Made by a program: the position numbers and the translations under genes. Under the pieces are notes generated by a model. The model ran no database searches. It saw only the letters and a list, made by a program, of their open reading frames with translations, and was not told the DNA's origin. Of a DNA stretch of 32,000 nucleotides, positions 9,041 to 19,075 are shown piece after piece (within the stretch, counting starts at the first letter, position 1; each line of letters begins with the position of its first letter). The stretch comes from Candidatus Arthromitus sp. SFB-rat-Yit (lineage in GTDB: Bacteria; Bacillota; Clostridia; Clostridiales; Clostridiaceae), in assembly GCF_000283555.1 (NCBI RefSeq), contig NC_016012.1, positions 1,410,001-1,442,000 of the forward strand, in the 5' to 3' direction.

Positions 9041-9910
9041 TTACAAAATATCATTTATAAAATAAGTTGCAGTATTATTGTCAAATTCATTATTTTTAGA
9101 AATATATGCTGTTATATCATTTATCTCTATATCTCTTATAACTTCTTCATATTGATTAAGCATAATTCTAACTTTAACTCTTTCTTTCAATATACTTAAT
9201 CCAATTACTTCAGCCCTACCAAATTTGGTATCGACTATATATCCAATCCTAGGCATTTTATTTTTTATATAATCATATGTATCCTGCTCATATTTCAAAC
9301 AACACATAAGTCTACCACACATTCCAGATATCTTACTTGGATTCAACGATAAATCTTGTTCTTTTGCCATTTTTATAGAAACAGATGTAAAATCACCAAG
9401 AAAAGTCGAACAACATAAAGTTCTCCCACAAGTTCCTATCCCACCAACACTCTTTGCTTCATCTCTCACTCCAATTTGTCTTAACTCTATTCTAACTTTA
9501 AAAATTGAAGCAAGATTTTTAACTAAATTTCTAAAATCAACTCTTCCATCGGCAATAAAATAAAAAATTATCTTATTATTATCAAATGTATATTCAACTT
9601 CAACCAAATTCATTTTTAAGTCTAGTTCTCTTATTTTTTTGTTAGCTATATCAAAAGCTTCTTTCCCCTTTTTTTTATTTTCGTGATAAATCTTTTTATC
9701 TTCTTCCGTAGCAATCCTTATACATTTTTTTAAAGGATTACTTAAAGTGTTATCATCAACATCTTTCATTCCTATAACACATTTTCCATATTCAATACCT
9801 CTTGATGTTTCTACAATAATATAGTCTCCAACATTTACCTCAAATTCTTCACAAGAAAAATAATATATTTTTCCTACCTTCTTAAATCTTGCACCTATTA
9901 CACATCTCAT
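9041..9910 (-). CDS. ricT: PSP1/RicT (YaaT) family protein
   Basis: MRCVIGARFKKVGKIYYF...VGGIGTCGRTLCCSTFLGDFTSVSIKMAKEQDLSLNPSKISGMCGRLMCCLKYE. Start overlaps the end of holB by ATGA. Confidence 0.92.
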   Translation of the reverse strand: MRCVIGARFKKVGKIYYFSCEEFEVNVGDYIIVETSRGIEYGKCVIGMKDVDDNTLSNPLKKCIRIATEEDKKIYHENKKKGKEAFDIANKKIRELDLKMNLVEVEYTFDNNKIIFYFIADGRVDFRNLVKNLASIFKVRIELRQIGVRDEAKSVGGIGTCGRTLCCSTFLGDFTSVSIKMAKEQDLSLNPSKISGMCGRLMCCLKYEQDTYDYIKNKMPRIGYIVDTKFGRAEVIGLSILKERVKVRIMLNQYEEVIRDIEINDITAYISKNNEFDNNTATYFINDIL

Positions 9911-10731
9911 ATGTTTCCTCCAATTCCAAATATAAAGACTCTAAAACTTAATTCAAAATTAATATTTAATTTAACTCTATTTTTAAATTTTCCCAAATCA
10001 TAAACAGCCTCTTCTATATTGAAATTTTTCAAAAATCTATCAAGTTCTACTATATATGGTAAAAACTTAATATTGGATATCATGTCACCATTTTTTGTCT
10101 TAATATATATATATATATCCCTAATAAACATGTATATCATATCTATTATTATATCTAATTTATCCTTATATGTAGCTAAATTAATTATATTTTCATTAAA
10201 ATCGCTGAATTTACATATTTTAAAATTAATTAATGCATTTATTATAAGTTCATATATTTTTTCAGAATCTTTATTGTTATATATTCTACTGATATTATGA
10301 TAATCGTACTTTAAAATAGAATTGAAGTTTACAACTACACACCTAGAAATTATTGTATTTAAAATTTTTTTCATATCAGTAATCATTAATACTATAAATA
10401 TATTTTTATTATGATCTTCCAGTGTTTTCAAAATAGCATTCTGTGATTCTATAGTCATCTTATCAGAATTGCTTATTAATACTACTTTATTTTCACAATA
10501 AATAGGTTTCTTCATTATCTCAGATTTAATTAATCTAACATCATTTATAGTAATCGATTTATTATAATTCTTAAAAAATACTACACTATCACCTATGACA
10601 TTTGTTCTACTTCCAACAATTTTATATGCAAATTCTAAAGAAATTTTGTCTATAAACTCTAAATTATCGCACAAAAAAATGTAAGATTGTGATAAGCTTA
10701 AATTCTTAAAGATCTTGTCTAATATTTCCAT
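9907..10731 (-). CDS. holB: DNA polymerase III delta'-like subunit
   Basis: Position between tmk and ricT, plus IKSEIMKKPIYCENKVVLISNSDKMTIESQNAILKTLEDHNKNIFIVLMITDMKKILNTIISRC (delta'/SRC motif). Confidence 0.8.
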   Translation of the reverse strand: MEILDKIFKNLSLSQSYIFLCDNLEFIDKISLEFAYKIVGSRTNVIGDSVVFFKNYNKSITINDVRLIKSEIMKKPIYCENKVVLISNSDKMTIESQNAILKTLEDHNKNIFIVLMITDMKKILNTIISRCVVVNFNSILKYDYHNISRIYNNKDSEKIYELIINALINFKICKFSDFNENIINLATYKDKLDIIIDMIYMFIRDIYIYIKTKNGDMISNIKFLPYIVELDRFLKNFNIEEAVYDLGKFKNRVKLNINFELSFRVFIFGIGGNI

Positions 10732-10739
10732 AATAACAT

Positions 10740-11387
10740 TTAATCCTTACGCTTAATCTTATCTAAAATTCTATTGTATATACTTTCATTTATATCTAAT
10801 ATTGAAAATAAGTTTTCACCATCATCACACTTTATATTTATAAAATTGTACCTATCCCGCAAATGTTTAGCAGTTTCATAACACTTAATCATAAAATCAT
10901 AATCTTTTTCATAAATATCTTTATTGCATCTTTTCTTTATTATATCCAAATTTATATCTATAGATAAATCCATAAAAAACGTCATGTCTTCTTTAGGTAA
11001 TCCACATATACCATATTCAAAATCCAATACCCATTCAAAAAATTTGTTCCTATCTTCCACATCACTTATAAAACTTCCCTGATATATTAAATTTGAATAT
11101 ATATATCTATCGCATACTATAATATAACCCTGCCTTATGTATCTAATCATTTCATTCTTATATACCCCAAATCTATCCAAACCAAAAAATGTAGAAATTA
11201 AATAAGGATTTAAATCGCTACCAAAATTACCATTTAAATATTCTTTAACGAATATCGAATATTTATTGCTATAATTTGGAAATCCTATCCTTACAGTTTT
11301 TATTCCTATATCATTCAATCTCTTCTCTATTAACTTTGTTTGGGTTTCCTTGCCACTACCATCAAGTCCTTCAAATACTATTATCAT
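10740..11387 (-). CDS. tmk: Thymidylate kinase
   Basis: MIIVFEGLDGSGKETQTKLIEKRL P-loop, YIIVCDRYIYSNLIYQG DR(Y) motif. Confidence 0.95.
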   Translation of the reverse strand: MIIVFEGLDGSGKETQTKLIEKRLNDIGIKTVRIGFPNYSNKYSIFVKEYLNGNFGSDLNPYLISTFFGLDRFGVYKNEMIRYIRQGYIIVCDRYIYSNLIYQGSFISDVEDRNKFFEWVLDFEYGICGLPKEDMTFFMDLSIDINLDIIKKRCNKDIYEKDYDFMIKCYETAKHLRDRYNFINIKCDDGENLFSILDINESIYNRILDKIKRKD

Positions 11388-11391
11388 TTAT

Positions 11392-12840
11392 TTAATTATT
11401 CTCCTCTAATACTTTTAAATATTTCCTATTAAATACACCATTCACTCTATAGTTTAATTTTAAATACTCAAAAATAATTTCTACATGTTTTTCTTGTATG
11501 TATTCTCCTCTTACAACTATAGGAGTTCCAGGAGGATACAGAAATATGTCATTAAATATAATTCTATTAACACATTTTTTAATCTCTAAAAATTCATATG
11601 GTTTATATAATACTTCGTAAGGCTCAAATGCTTTTGTATTATCTAAATCATAAATTTTAGGAAATATTTCAAATATTTTATTTATATATTTAATCTCTTT
11701 AAAATTCCTAATGTTTAAATATAATTTTTGGAAATCATTTTGAGGGTTACAATAACTTGGAATTAATACAATACCATTAAAATAAGTCATCTCACATACG
11801 ATTTTATTTCTTAATAAATGATTATATAAATCCATGGCATGTACATTACCATACCTAAACATTAAACATAATCTTGAATTATCATAACAAAAATTATTAT
11901 TACTTTTAGTCTTTATCCAATCATTATCTACTCCTATTATATCAGAGTCAATTATAAGTTTCCTAAAATCATTGCATTCATCAATGTAATTCTGTGATAC
12001 ATCCTTATACTTTACACAATCATATAAACCTTTTTCTAAAGACATTAATATAATATAAGATGGGCTAGTAGTCATAAATATAGAAAAATATTCATCTACT
12101 TTTCCTACCATACTTGATTTATTTACGTGTAAATATGCTCCTTGAGTAAGTGACGCAAGTGTTTTATGTGCGCTCATAACACTTATATCACAAAATTTAT
12201 TTACACAACTAATACTTTTATTAAATGCTTTTATATGTGCTCCATGTGCTCCATCAATCAAAAATAAAATATTTTTACTTCTTAAATAAGAGTAAATCTT
12301 TTTTTGATCTATATATATACCATAATAATTTGGATTAGTTAGAATAACACCTTTTATTTCTTTATTATTTTCAACAATTTTAAGTATATCATTAAAAATT
12401 ATATCTTTACTATTATAATCTATAAATGAAAATTTATCAGGTAACAATAAATCCACATTATATTTGTCCCTGTCTATATACAAAACTTTAAGCTTTCTTA
12501 GAACAATGGCATTTATAATACTCTTATGACAACCCCTCTCAACCAAAACTGTATCTCCTTCATTAAAGCAACTAAAAAACATAATATGTATTCCACTTGT
12601 TGATCCATTAACCAAATAATAAGACTTCGTACTTTCATAAAATTCACTTAATTTATTTAATGAATCCTTTATACATTCGTAAGGATCATGTATATTATCA
12701 AGTCCATCAATCTCTGTTAAATCATATCTAAATAAATTCTCTATGTTAGAATAACCTTTCCCCTGCTTATGACCGGGCGTAGTAAAAAATGAATAATCAT
12801 CCATCAAATACTTCTCTATAGATTTAATTATTTCTCCCAC
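11392..12840 (-). CDS. PLP-dependent Orn/Lys/Arg decarboxylase family protein (YaaO-like)
   Basis: FFTTPGHKQGKGYSN...LVNGSTSGIHIMFFSCFNEGDTVLVERGCHKSIINA...LIDGAHGAH...MSAHKTLASLTQGAYLH. GTG start with RBS aggag. Same position as yaaO upstream of tmk. Confidence 0.9.
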   Translation of the reverse strand: MGEIIKSIEKYLMDDYSFFTTPGHKQGKGYSNIENLFRYDLTEIDGLDNIHDPYECIKDSLNKLSEFYESTKSYYLVNGSTSGIHIMFFSCFNEGDTVLVERGCHKSIINAIVLRKLKVLYIDRDKYNVDLLLPDKFSFIDYNSKDIIFNDILKIVENNKEIKGVILTNPNYYGIYIDQKKIYSYLRSKNILFLIDGAHGAHIKAFNKSISCVNKFCDISVMSAHKTLASLTQGAYLHVNKSSMVGKVDEYFSIFMTTSPSYIILMSLEKGLYDCVKYKDVSQNYIDECNDFRKLIIDSDIIGVDNDWIKTKSNNNFCYDNSRLCLMFRYGNVHAMDLYNHLLRNKIVCEMTYFNGIVLIPSYCNPQNDFQKLYLNIRNFKEIKYINKIFEIFPKIYDLDNTKAFEPYEVLYKPYEFLEIKKCVNRIIFNDIFLYPPGTPIVVRGEYIQEKHVEIIFEYLKLNYRVNGVFNRKYLKVLEENN

Positions 12841-12919
12841 ACAATTCTCCTATTTTAAAAATTATTGTTATTTGGTATACTTCTTTATATCTTAAATTTT
12901 TTATTCTAGGGGATTTTAA

Positions 12920-13852
12920 ATGATTTGTATATATAAAACTTCAAATAATATTCTTGAAAGAATTGATAACATTGAATCTGGATGCTGGATTAATATAGTT
13001 CAACCTTCTGAACAAGAATTGCTATTTTTATCAAAAAAAACAGATATATCTCTTGATCTCTTAAATGCTGCCCTCGATGAAGAAGAAACTTCAAGGATAG
13101 ATGTTGAAGGATCAAATATTTTAATAATAGTAGATGTACCATTTACTAGCATAGAAGAAAACTCTCTAACTTATGGAACATATCCTCTAGGTATAATCTC
13201 AAATGATAACTACATAGTAACTATATCTATTAAAAAAAATAAGGTTATATCCGATTTCATAGATGGTAAAATTAAAACATTTTACACAAATAAGAGATCT
13301 AGATTCACGCTCCAAATATTAAACAAAATAACAACTTATTTCTTACTTTACCTAAGACAAATAGATAAAAAAAGTCAATTCATTCACAACAGAATACACA
13401 AATCAATGAAAAACAAAGAACTCATACAATTGTTATCACTCGAAAAATCTCTTGTGTATTTTTCAACATCTCTAAAATCTAATGAAATGACCTTAGAAAA
13501 ACTACTTAAATATGATTTTATACAAAAATACGAAGAGGATAAACATCTTCTAGAAGATGTTATTATCGATAATAAACAAGCCATAGAAATGGCTCATATA
13601 TATGCAAGCGTTTTATCAAGTCTTTTAGAATTCTTCGCTGCACTTATATCTAACAACTTGAACATGGTTATGAAGTTTCTTGCATCTATGACCATAGTTA
13701 TCTCAGTTCCGTCCATAATCTTTACCATGTGGGGTTCAAATGTTCATCTCCCTTTTTCAGATAATCCATTTGGTTTTTTAATACTCTTAATTATAGCAAC
13801 AGTATTATCATCAATAATTGCTATAATTCTTTATAAAAAAGGTATGTTTTAA
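12920..13852 (+). CDS. corA: CorA-family (MIT) divalent cation transporter-like membrane protein
   Basis: Typical CorA architecture, C-terminal two TM helices with FTMWGSNVHLPFSDNPFGFLILLIIATVLSSIIAIILYKKGMF. The signature is GSN instead of GMN. Confidence 0.85.
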   Translation: MICIYKTSNNILERIDNIESGCWINIVQPSEQELLFLSKKTDISLDLLNAALDEEETSRIDVEGSNILIIVDVPFTSIEENSLTYGTYPLGIISNDNYIVTISIKKNKVISDFIDGKIKTFYTNKRSRFTLQILNKITTYFLLYLRQIDKKSQFIHNRIHKSMKNKELIQLLSLEKSLVYFSTSLKSNEMTLEKLLKYDFIQKYEEDKHLLEDVIIDNKQAIEMAHIYASVLSSLLEFFAALISNNLNMVMKFLASMTIVISVPSIIFTMWGSNVHLPFSDNPFGFLILLIIATVLSSIIAIILYKKGMF

Positions 13853-13906
13853 TATTTAATTAAATATATCTATTAATAAATTTCAGTTTTTAAATTGGAG
13901 GTCATA

Positions 13907-14827
13907 ATGGCTATCGCCTGCAAAAAGTTAATATTTGGAGATAAAATATCTATTATATCTCCTTCCTCTCCATCTTCAAAGGAAACTATCGAAAACGCTC
14001 TTAATTCACTTAAATCCCTAAATTTCTGTTATAAAACATATAATCACTTGTACGATGATACCGGATATCTAGCAGGATTAGATATCCACAGAGCTGAAGA
14101 CTTCAATAATGCTCTAAAAGATAAAGAAAGTAAAGCAATAATGTGCTTAAGAGGTGGTTATGGCTCACTTCGTATTATGGATATTATTAAATGGTCCTTA
14201 TTTAAAAAAAATCCTAAAATTTTCATGGGGTTTAGTGATATTACACCAATTCTAAACTATATCTTTAAGAAATTTAATATAATTACATTTCATTCACCTA
14301 TGTTAACATCAGATTTAACAAACGAGTACTCCCGTGATAGTTTAATAAACTCTATTTCAATCCCGAGAAGTAACTATTTTATAAAAAACCCAGAAAATAT
14401 TCCTCTTAAATCATTTTCATCTCTTAAGAACATAACAGTTGGAAATATAGTTGGAGGCAACCTATCTCTTATATGTTCTACAATATCAACTAAATATGAA
14501 ATACCATTTAAAAATAATATATTATTTTTAGAAGAAGTGAATGAATCCCCTTATAAAGTAGATAGAATGCTACACCATCTTTATTTAACTGGAAAGATTC
14601 AAAAATGTTCTGGAATAATACTAGGTCAATTTACTGAGTGTAAAGATGATAACAATGTAAATATTGAAGAGGTTTTACTTGATAAACTACGTTTATTTAA
14701 CAAACCTTGTATATATAATCTATGTGCAGGACACGGATCACCAAGATTAACAATACCAATAGGAGCACGTGCGAGAATTAACACTAATAATTCAACTATC
14801 GAAATACTACAAAGCATCGTAGTATAA
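13907..14827 (+). CDS. LD-carboxypeptidase (peptidase S66 family)
   Basis: MAIACKKLIFGDKISIISPSSPS...CLRGGYGSLRIMDIIKW...FMGFSDITPILNYI...GNLSLICSTISTKYEIPFKNNILFLEEVNE. GGAGG at 13897-13901 supports ATG 13907 rather than 13895. Confidence 0.9.
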   Translation: MAIACKKLIFGDKISIISPSSPSSKETIENALNSLKSLNFCYKTYNHLYDDTGYLAGLDIHRAEDFNNALKDKESKAIMCLRGGYGSLRIMDIIKWSLFKKNPKIFMGFSDITPILNYIFKKFNIITFHSPMLTSDLTNEYSRDSLINSISIPRSNYFIKNPENIPLKSFSSLKNITVGNIVGGNLSLICSTISTKYEIPFKNNILFLEEVNESPYKVDRMLHHLYLTGKIQKCSGIILGQFTECKDDNNVNIEEVLLDKLRLFNKPCIYNLCAGHGSPRLTIPIGARARINTNNSTIEILQSIVV

Positions 14828-14841
14828 AGCGTGTCAAAATT

Positions 14842-14871
14842 AAAGTAGATATTAAAAATATCTACTTTTTT
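14842..14871 (+). terminator. Rho-independent terminator after the LD-carboxypeptidase gene
   Basis: AAAGTAGATATT-AAA-AATATCTACTTTTTT, perfect 12-bp stem plus T tract. Confidence 0.85.
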
Positions 14872-14938
14872 ATATACCCATTTAAATAATTTTGTAATAT
14901 AATATCGTTATCTCTTGCATTATTTTGTCGGAGGATAT

Positions 14939-16330
14939 ATGAGACAGGATTTTAAAAACTTCAAAACTAACATTAAAAATAAACATGTTGCAATCGTTGG
15001 ATTAGGTATAAGCAATATTCCATTAATAAATTTCTTATCTAAATTAGGTTGCAAAATCACTCTATTTGATAGAAAAGAAATTGAAAATTTTTCAAATTCT
15101 GAGATAAAATCATTCAATAAATTGAACATTAAATTTGTATTTGGAAAAAACTATCTAAATTACATTAATAATTTTGATTATATATTTAAAACACCTTCTA
15201 TAAGATCCGATATTTTAGAATTTGAAAATGCTAGAAAAAATGGTTCTATAATAACTTCTGAAATAGAAGAACTTCTTAGGTATTGTCCATCAAAAATATA
15301 TGGAATAACGGGAAGTGATGGGAAAACCACAACTACTAGTATTTTATATAATTTACTAAAAAATTCAGGACACAAAACATGGATTGGTGGAAATATAGGA
15401 TTCCCTTTATTTAGCAAGATTGAAGAAATGCATGAAGAGGATAAAGTTGTATTAGAGTTATCTAGTTTCCAATTAATGAACGTAACTCTCTCTCCTGATG
15501 TATCTATAATAACAAATATATCACCGAATCATTTGGATTATCATAAAGATATGGATGAATACATCAATTGTAAAAAGAACATATTTAAATTCCAAAATGA
15601 TAATAGTATTACAATATTAAATAGAGATTGTTCTATTACCAATTCATTTGAAAAAGAATTAAATGGAAGATGTAGAAAATTCTCTCTTGATCATACTTGC
15701 GATGAAGATGTTATAAAAAACGGTGCCTATTTGAAAAATGATGAACTATATGTATTAAACCAAAGAATATTTCATAAAGATGATCTCAAAATTAAAGGTG
15801 TTCACAATATGCTCAACTTTGCTGCTGCAATACTCGCAACAATACCAGATACATCTTACTCAACTATTAAAAATATTGCAAAAGAGTTCAGTGGTGTAAA
15901 ACATAGAAATGAATTTGTAGATACAATAAATAACATACATTTTTATAATGACTCAATAGCATCAACTCCTACAAGGACTCTTGCGACTTTATCCTGCTTC
16001 GATAAAAAAATTATATTGATTGCAGGTGGATACGATAAAAATATTTCATATGCACCATTGTTAAATGCTCATGATAAAATCAAAAAACTATATTTAATAG
16101 GAGCTACTAAACAAAAAATACACGATATCTTTAGAAAATACTCTTCTGATATAGAAATATTGACTTTTGACAATTTTAATAAACTTGTGATTCATGCATA
16201 CAAAAATGCTGAGGAAAATGATATTATACTTTTATCACCAGCTTCAGCAAGTTTTGATATGTTCAAAAATTTTGAGGATCGTGGGGATAAATTTAAAAAA
16301 ATTATTCAAACAATAAAAGCTAGTAAATAA
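14939..16330 (+). CDS. murD: UDP-N-acetylmuramoylalanine--D-glutamate ligase
   Basis: HVAIVGLGISNIPLINFLSKLG...YGITGSDGKTTTTS...SPNHLDYHKDMDEY...FYNDSIASTPTRTLATL. RBS ggagg places start at 14939. Confidence 0.94.
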   Translation: MRQDFKNFKTNIKNKHVAIVGLGISNIPLINFLSKLGCKITLFDRKEIENFSNSEIKSFNKLNIKFVFGKNYLNYINNFDYIFKTPSIRSDILEFENARKNGSIITSEIEELLRYCPSKIYGITGSDGKTTTTSILYNLLKNSGHKTWIGGNIGFPLFSKIEEMHEEDKVVLELSSFQLMNVTLSPDVSIITNISPNHLDYHKDMDEYINCKKNIFKFQNDNSITILNRDCSITNSFEKELNGRCRKFSLDHTCDEDVIKNGAYLKNDELYVLNQRIFHKDDLKIKGVHNMLNFAAAILATIPDTSYSTIKNIAKEFSGVKHRNEFVDTINNIHFYNDSIASTPTRTLATLSCFDKKIILIAGGYDKNISYAPLLNAHDKIKKLYLIGATKQKIHDIFRKYSSDIEILTFDNFNKLVIHAYKNAEENDIILLSPASASFDMFKNFEDRGDKFKKIIQTIKASK

Positions 16331-16346
16331 AAATTTACTAGCTTTT
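16315..16346. terminator. Bidirectional terminator shared by convergent murD and glyQS
   Basis: AAAAGCTAGTAAAT-AAAA-ATTTACTAGCTTTT, perfect 14-bp stem, overlapping the murD stop codon. Confidence 0.85.
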
Positions 16347-16356
16347 AACTTTTTCA

Positions 16357-17742
16357 TCAAAATTCAAATTTAGAACTGAAATACTCATCTAGATACTCTA
16401 TACTAATCCTAGTTTGCTCCATACTATCCCTATCTCTAATAGTTACACTATTATCTTCCAATGAATCAAAGTCAATAGTCACACAATAAGGAGTTCCTAT
16501 TTCATCCTGTCTTCTATATCTTTTACCTATAGCTCCAGATTCATCATATTCACAATTGTATTTTTTACTTAATTTATCATAAACACCCATAGCCTTATCA
16601 GACAATTTTTTAGATAATGGAAACACCCCGATTTTTATAGGCGCTACTGCTGGGTGAAGCCTTAATACAATTCGAGTATCACACTCTTTTATTTCTTCCT
16701 CATCATATGCATTGCATAATACACTTAAAAGTAATCTATCAACACCAAGAGATGGCTCTATACAATAAGGAATATATTTTTCATTCAATTCTTGATCAAA
16801 ATACACAAGTTCTTCAGATGAATGATTCATATGAGCTTTTAAATCATAGTCAGTTCTATCAGCAATTCCCCAAAGTTCACCAAATCCAAAAGGAAACTTA
16901 AACTCAATATCACTAGTTGCATTTGAATAGAATGATAATTCCTCTTTAGAATGATCTCTAATTCTTAAATTCTCCTCTTTTATACCAAGGTCCATCAAAA
17001 ATTTTAAAGAATATTCTTTCCAATACTCAAACCATTTCAAATCTTCCCCAGGCTTGCAGAAAAACTCTAATTCCATTTGCTCAAACTCTCTAGTCCTAAA
17101 TATAAAGTTACCAGGAGTTATTTCATTTCTAAAACTTTTACCAATTTGAGCTATACCAAATGGAAGTTTTTTTCTTGAACTTCTAAGAACATTTTTAAAA
17201 TTAACAAATATACCTTGAGCTGTTTCAGGTCTTAAATAAATCTCGGATTTACTATCCTCAGTAACACCTTGAAACGTTTTAAACATAAGATTAAAACTTC
17301 TTATATCTGTATAGTTTTTCTCACCACACTTAGGACAAACTATATTTTCATCATCTATAATTCTCTTAAGCTCTTCCCTAGAATATCCATCAAGCCCAAG
17401 AATTTCACGTCCACTCTCTATAAAATGATCCTCTATTAATTTATCTGCTCTAAACCTACTTTTACATTCCTTACAATCCATTAAAGGATCTGAGAATCCT
17501 CCAATATGACCAGATGCTACCCAAACTTCTCTATTCATTAAGATAGCAGAATCGAGCCCAACATTATATGAACTTTCATATACAAATCTTTTCCACCAAG
17601 CCTTCTTCAAATTATTTTTAATCTCAACTCCAAGAGGACCATAATCCCAAGAATTTGCAAGTCCTCCATATATCTCAGAACCCTGAAATATAAATCCTCT
17701 ATTTTTACATAATGATAGAATTTTTTCCATTGAAACGTCCAT
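16357..17742 (-). CDS. glyQS: Glycyl-tRNA synthetase, dimeric alpha2 type
   Basis: [46 protein letters not shown]...[16 protein letters not shown]...[15 protein letters not shown]...[20 protein letters not shown] upstream of ATG 17742. Confidence 0.96.
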   Translation of the reverse strand: MDVSMEKILSLCKNRGFIFQGSEIYGGLANSWDYGPLGVEIKNNLKKAWWKRFVYESSYNVGLDSAILMNREVWVASGHIGGFSDPLMDCKECKSRFRADKLIEDHFIESGREILGLDGYSREELKRIIDDENIVCPKCGEKNYTDIRSFNLMFKTFQGVTEDSKSEIYLRPETAQGIFVNFKNVLRSSRKKLPFGIAQIGKSFRNEITPGNFIFRTREFEQMELEFFCKPGEDLKWFEYWKEYSLKFLMDLGIKEENLRIRDHSKEELSFYSNATSDIEFKFPFGFGELWGIADRTDYDLKAHMNHSSEELVYFDQELNEKYIPYCIEPSLGVDRLLLSVLCNAYDEEEIKECDTRIVLRLHPAVAPIKIGVFPLSKKLSDKAMGVYDKLSKKYNCEYDESGAIGKRYRRQDEIGTPYCVTIDFDSLEDNSVTIRDRDSMEQTRISIEYLDEYFSSKFEF

Positions 17743-17834
17743 ATCTTCCTCCAATAATAAGCATATTTTTTTATTATAACAAAAATATATAAATTAAAAA
17801 ATATAAATCAAAAAATATACCCAAAAATCATAAT

Positions 17835-18944
17835 CTATAATTCTATCTGTTTATCCTTTCTTACAGCTAAATCATATAAATTATCTTTAAACATTTCATG
17901 TATAGTTGTTCTTATAGCTCTAGCTCCAAGAGGATGATTCAAACACCTCTTTACAATATCTTCAACTATTTTCCTTTTTATCTTTATGGATTTGCCCATT
18001 AAACTAAAATAATTCACAACTTCCCGTTCAAGTTCTTTTTCTGTTATAGTTGTTAAATTTTCTTTAGTTAGTGCATTTAAACACACGATTAATGGAAATC
18101 TTCCTATAAATTCACTAAGTATTCCATAATTAATAACATCTTCAAGTTTAACATGACGCCTTAAATCATCATTTTGTGAATCATAATTATAATTAACATT
18201 TTCCTTAAAACCAAATATTTTCTTAAAACTTCTCTCTCTCACATATCTCTCAATACCTGTAAATGCTCCTCCACCTATAAAAAGAATATTTTTTGTATCT
18301 ACCTCTATTGTTTCATTATCATCCGTTTGTACCCGAACTATAGTACCCTCGAGCATCTTTAAAAGGTTTTGCTGAACTCCTTCCCCAGACACATCTCTCG
18401 CTTCCCCATTTTGAGAGCTTTTCGATATTTTATCTATCTCATCTATAAATACAATTCCATATTCTGCACGTTTAACATCACCATTAGCCTCTTTAAGTAA
18501 ACTTTTTATAATATCGTATACATTTAATCCCACATATCCAACTTGAGTATAAGCTGTAATATCAACTTCAACAAATGGAAGCTTAACTATTTCAGATAAA
18601 CTTTTAATAAGGAGAGTCTTACCACTACCACTCGGACCTATAAGCATGATATTTCCCTTATTTAAATTTATTATATTTGAATTTTTGATTCTAAGTATGT
18701 GCCTATATATTTCAAAAGACAATACCTTCTTTGCATAATCCTGTCCTATGACTTTTTTATCAAGCTCTCTTTTTATTTCATTTGGGTATATTATATCTAC
18801 TTGCACCTCTGATAACTCACTAAAAAATAATAACTCACAATCTCTGCAAAGAACCAAATCACTATTATTAGAATCATTTCTCACAACATATGTTTCAGTT
18901 TCTTTAAGACAACACATGCATTTTTTCATAACCATATACCCCAT
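17835..18944 (-). CDS. ClpX-like AAA+ ATPase, divergent from canonical ClpX
   Basis: N-terminal C4 zinc motif (CMCC-x20-CRDC), Walker A GPSGSGKT, Walker B GIVFIDEIDKI, GYVG pore loop, RDVSGEGVQQNLLKMLEGT, SEFIGRFP, sensor-2 GARAIR. Alternative ATG starts at 18935 and 18929. Confidence 0.88.
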   Translation of the reverse strand: MGYMVMKKCMCCLKETETYVVRNDSNNSDLVLCRDCELLFFSELSEVQVDIIYPNEIKRELDKKVIGQDYAKKVLSFEIYRHILRIKNSNIINLNKGNIMLIGPSGSGKTLLIKSLSEIVKLPFVEVDITAYTQVGYVGLNVYDIIKSLLKEANGDVKRAEYGIVFIDEIDKISKSSQNGEARDVSGEGVQQNLLKMLEGTIVRVQTDDNETIEVDTKNILFIGGGAFTGIERYVRERSFKKIFGFKENVNYNYDSQNDDLRRHVKLEDVINYGILSEFIGRFPLIVCLNALTKENLTTITEKELEREVVNYFSLMGKSIKIKRKIVEDIVKRCLNHPLGARAIRTTIHEMFKDNLYDLAVRKDKQIEL

Positions 18945-19075
18945 AAAATTAAATCTCTTAAAAATTAATATTTATTATGCTCAATTAAACATATTTTAAA
19001 CAAATTAAATGGTTGTTAAAAAACTTTTACAATACCTTTTCAAAAAGCTATTATTATATTGAGGATGTGATTTTT

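Noticed and set aside
8757-10300. Plus-strand ORFs 8757..8960 and 10019..10300
   Set aside because: Antisense to the ferredoxin and holB genes. The Cys/Thr-rich or Ile/Leu-rich translations are reverse-complement artefacts.
13384-15417. Minus-strand ORFs 13384..13584, 14626..14817, 14920..15129, 15178..15417
   Set aside because: Antisense to corA, the LD-carboxypeptidase gene and murD, with no supporting signals.
17743-17834. Possible T-box leader upstream of glyQS
   Set aside because: The gap is only about 90 bp and I could not recognise a T-box sequence (TGGNACCGCG) or leader hairpins.
16707-18999. Plus-strand ORFs 16707..16901 and 18748..18999
   Set aside because: Antisense to glyQS and the ClpX-like gene. 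The latter extends into the intergenic region but has no RBS or recognisable domain.
19026-19054. Candidate promoter TTTACA-17-TATTAT before rbsK
   Set aside because: The matches are acceptable, but the implied transcription start would fall on the rbsK RBS (about 19061). In such AT-rich DNA this is probably coincidental.
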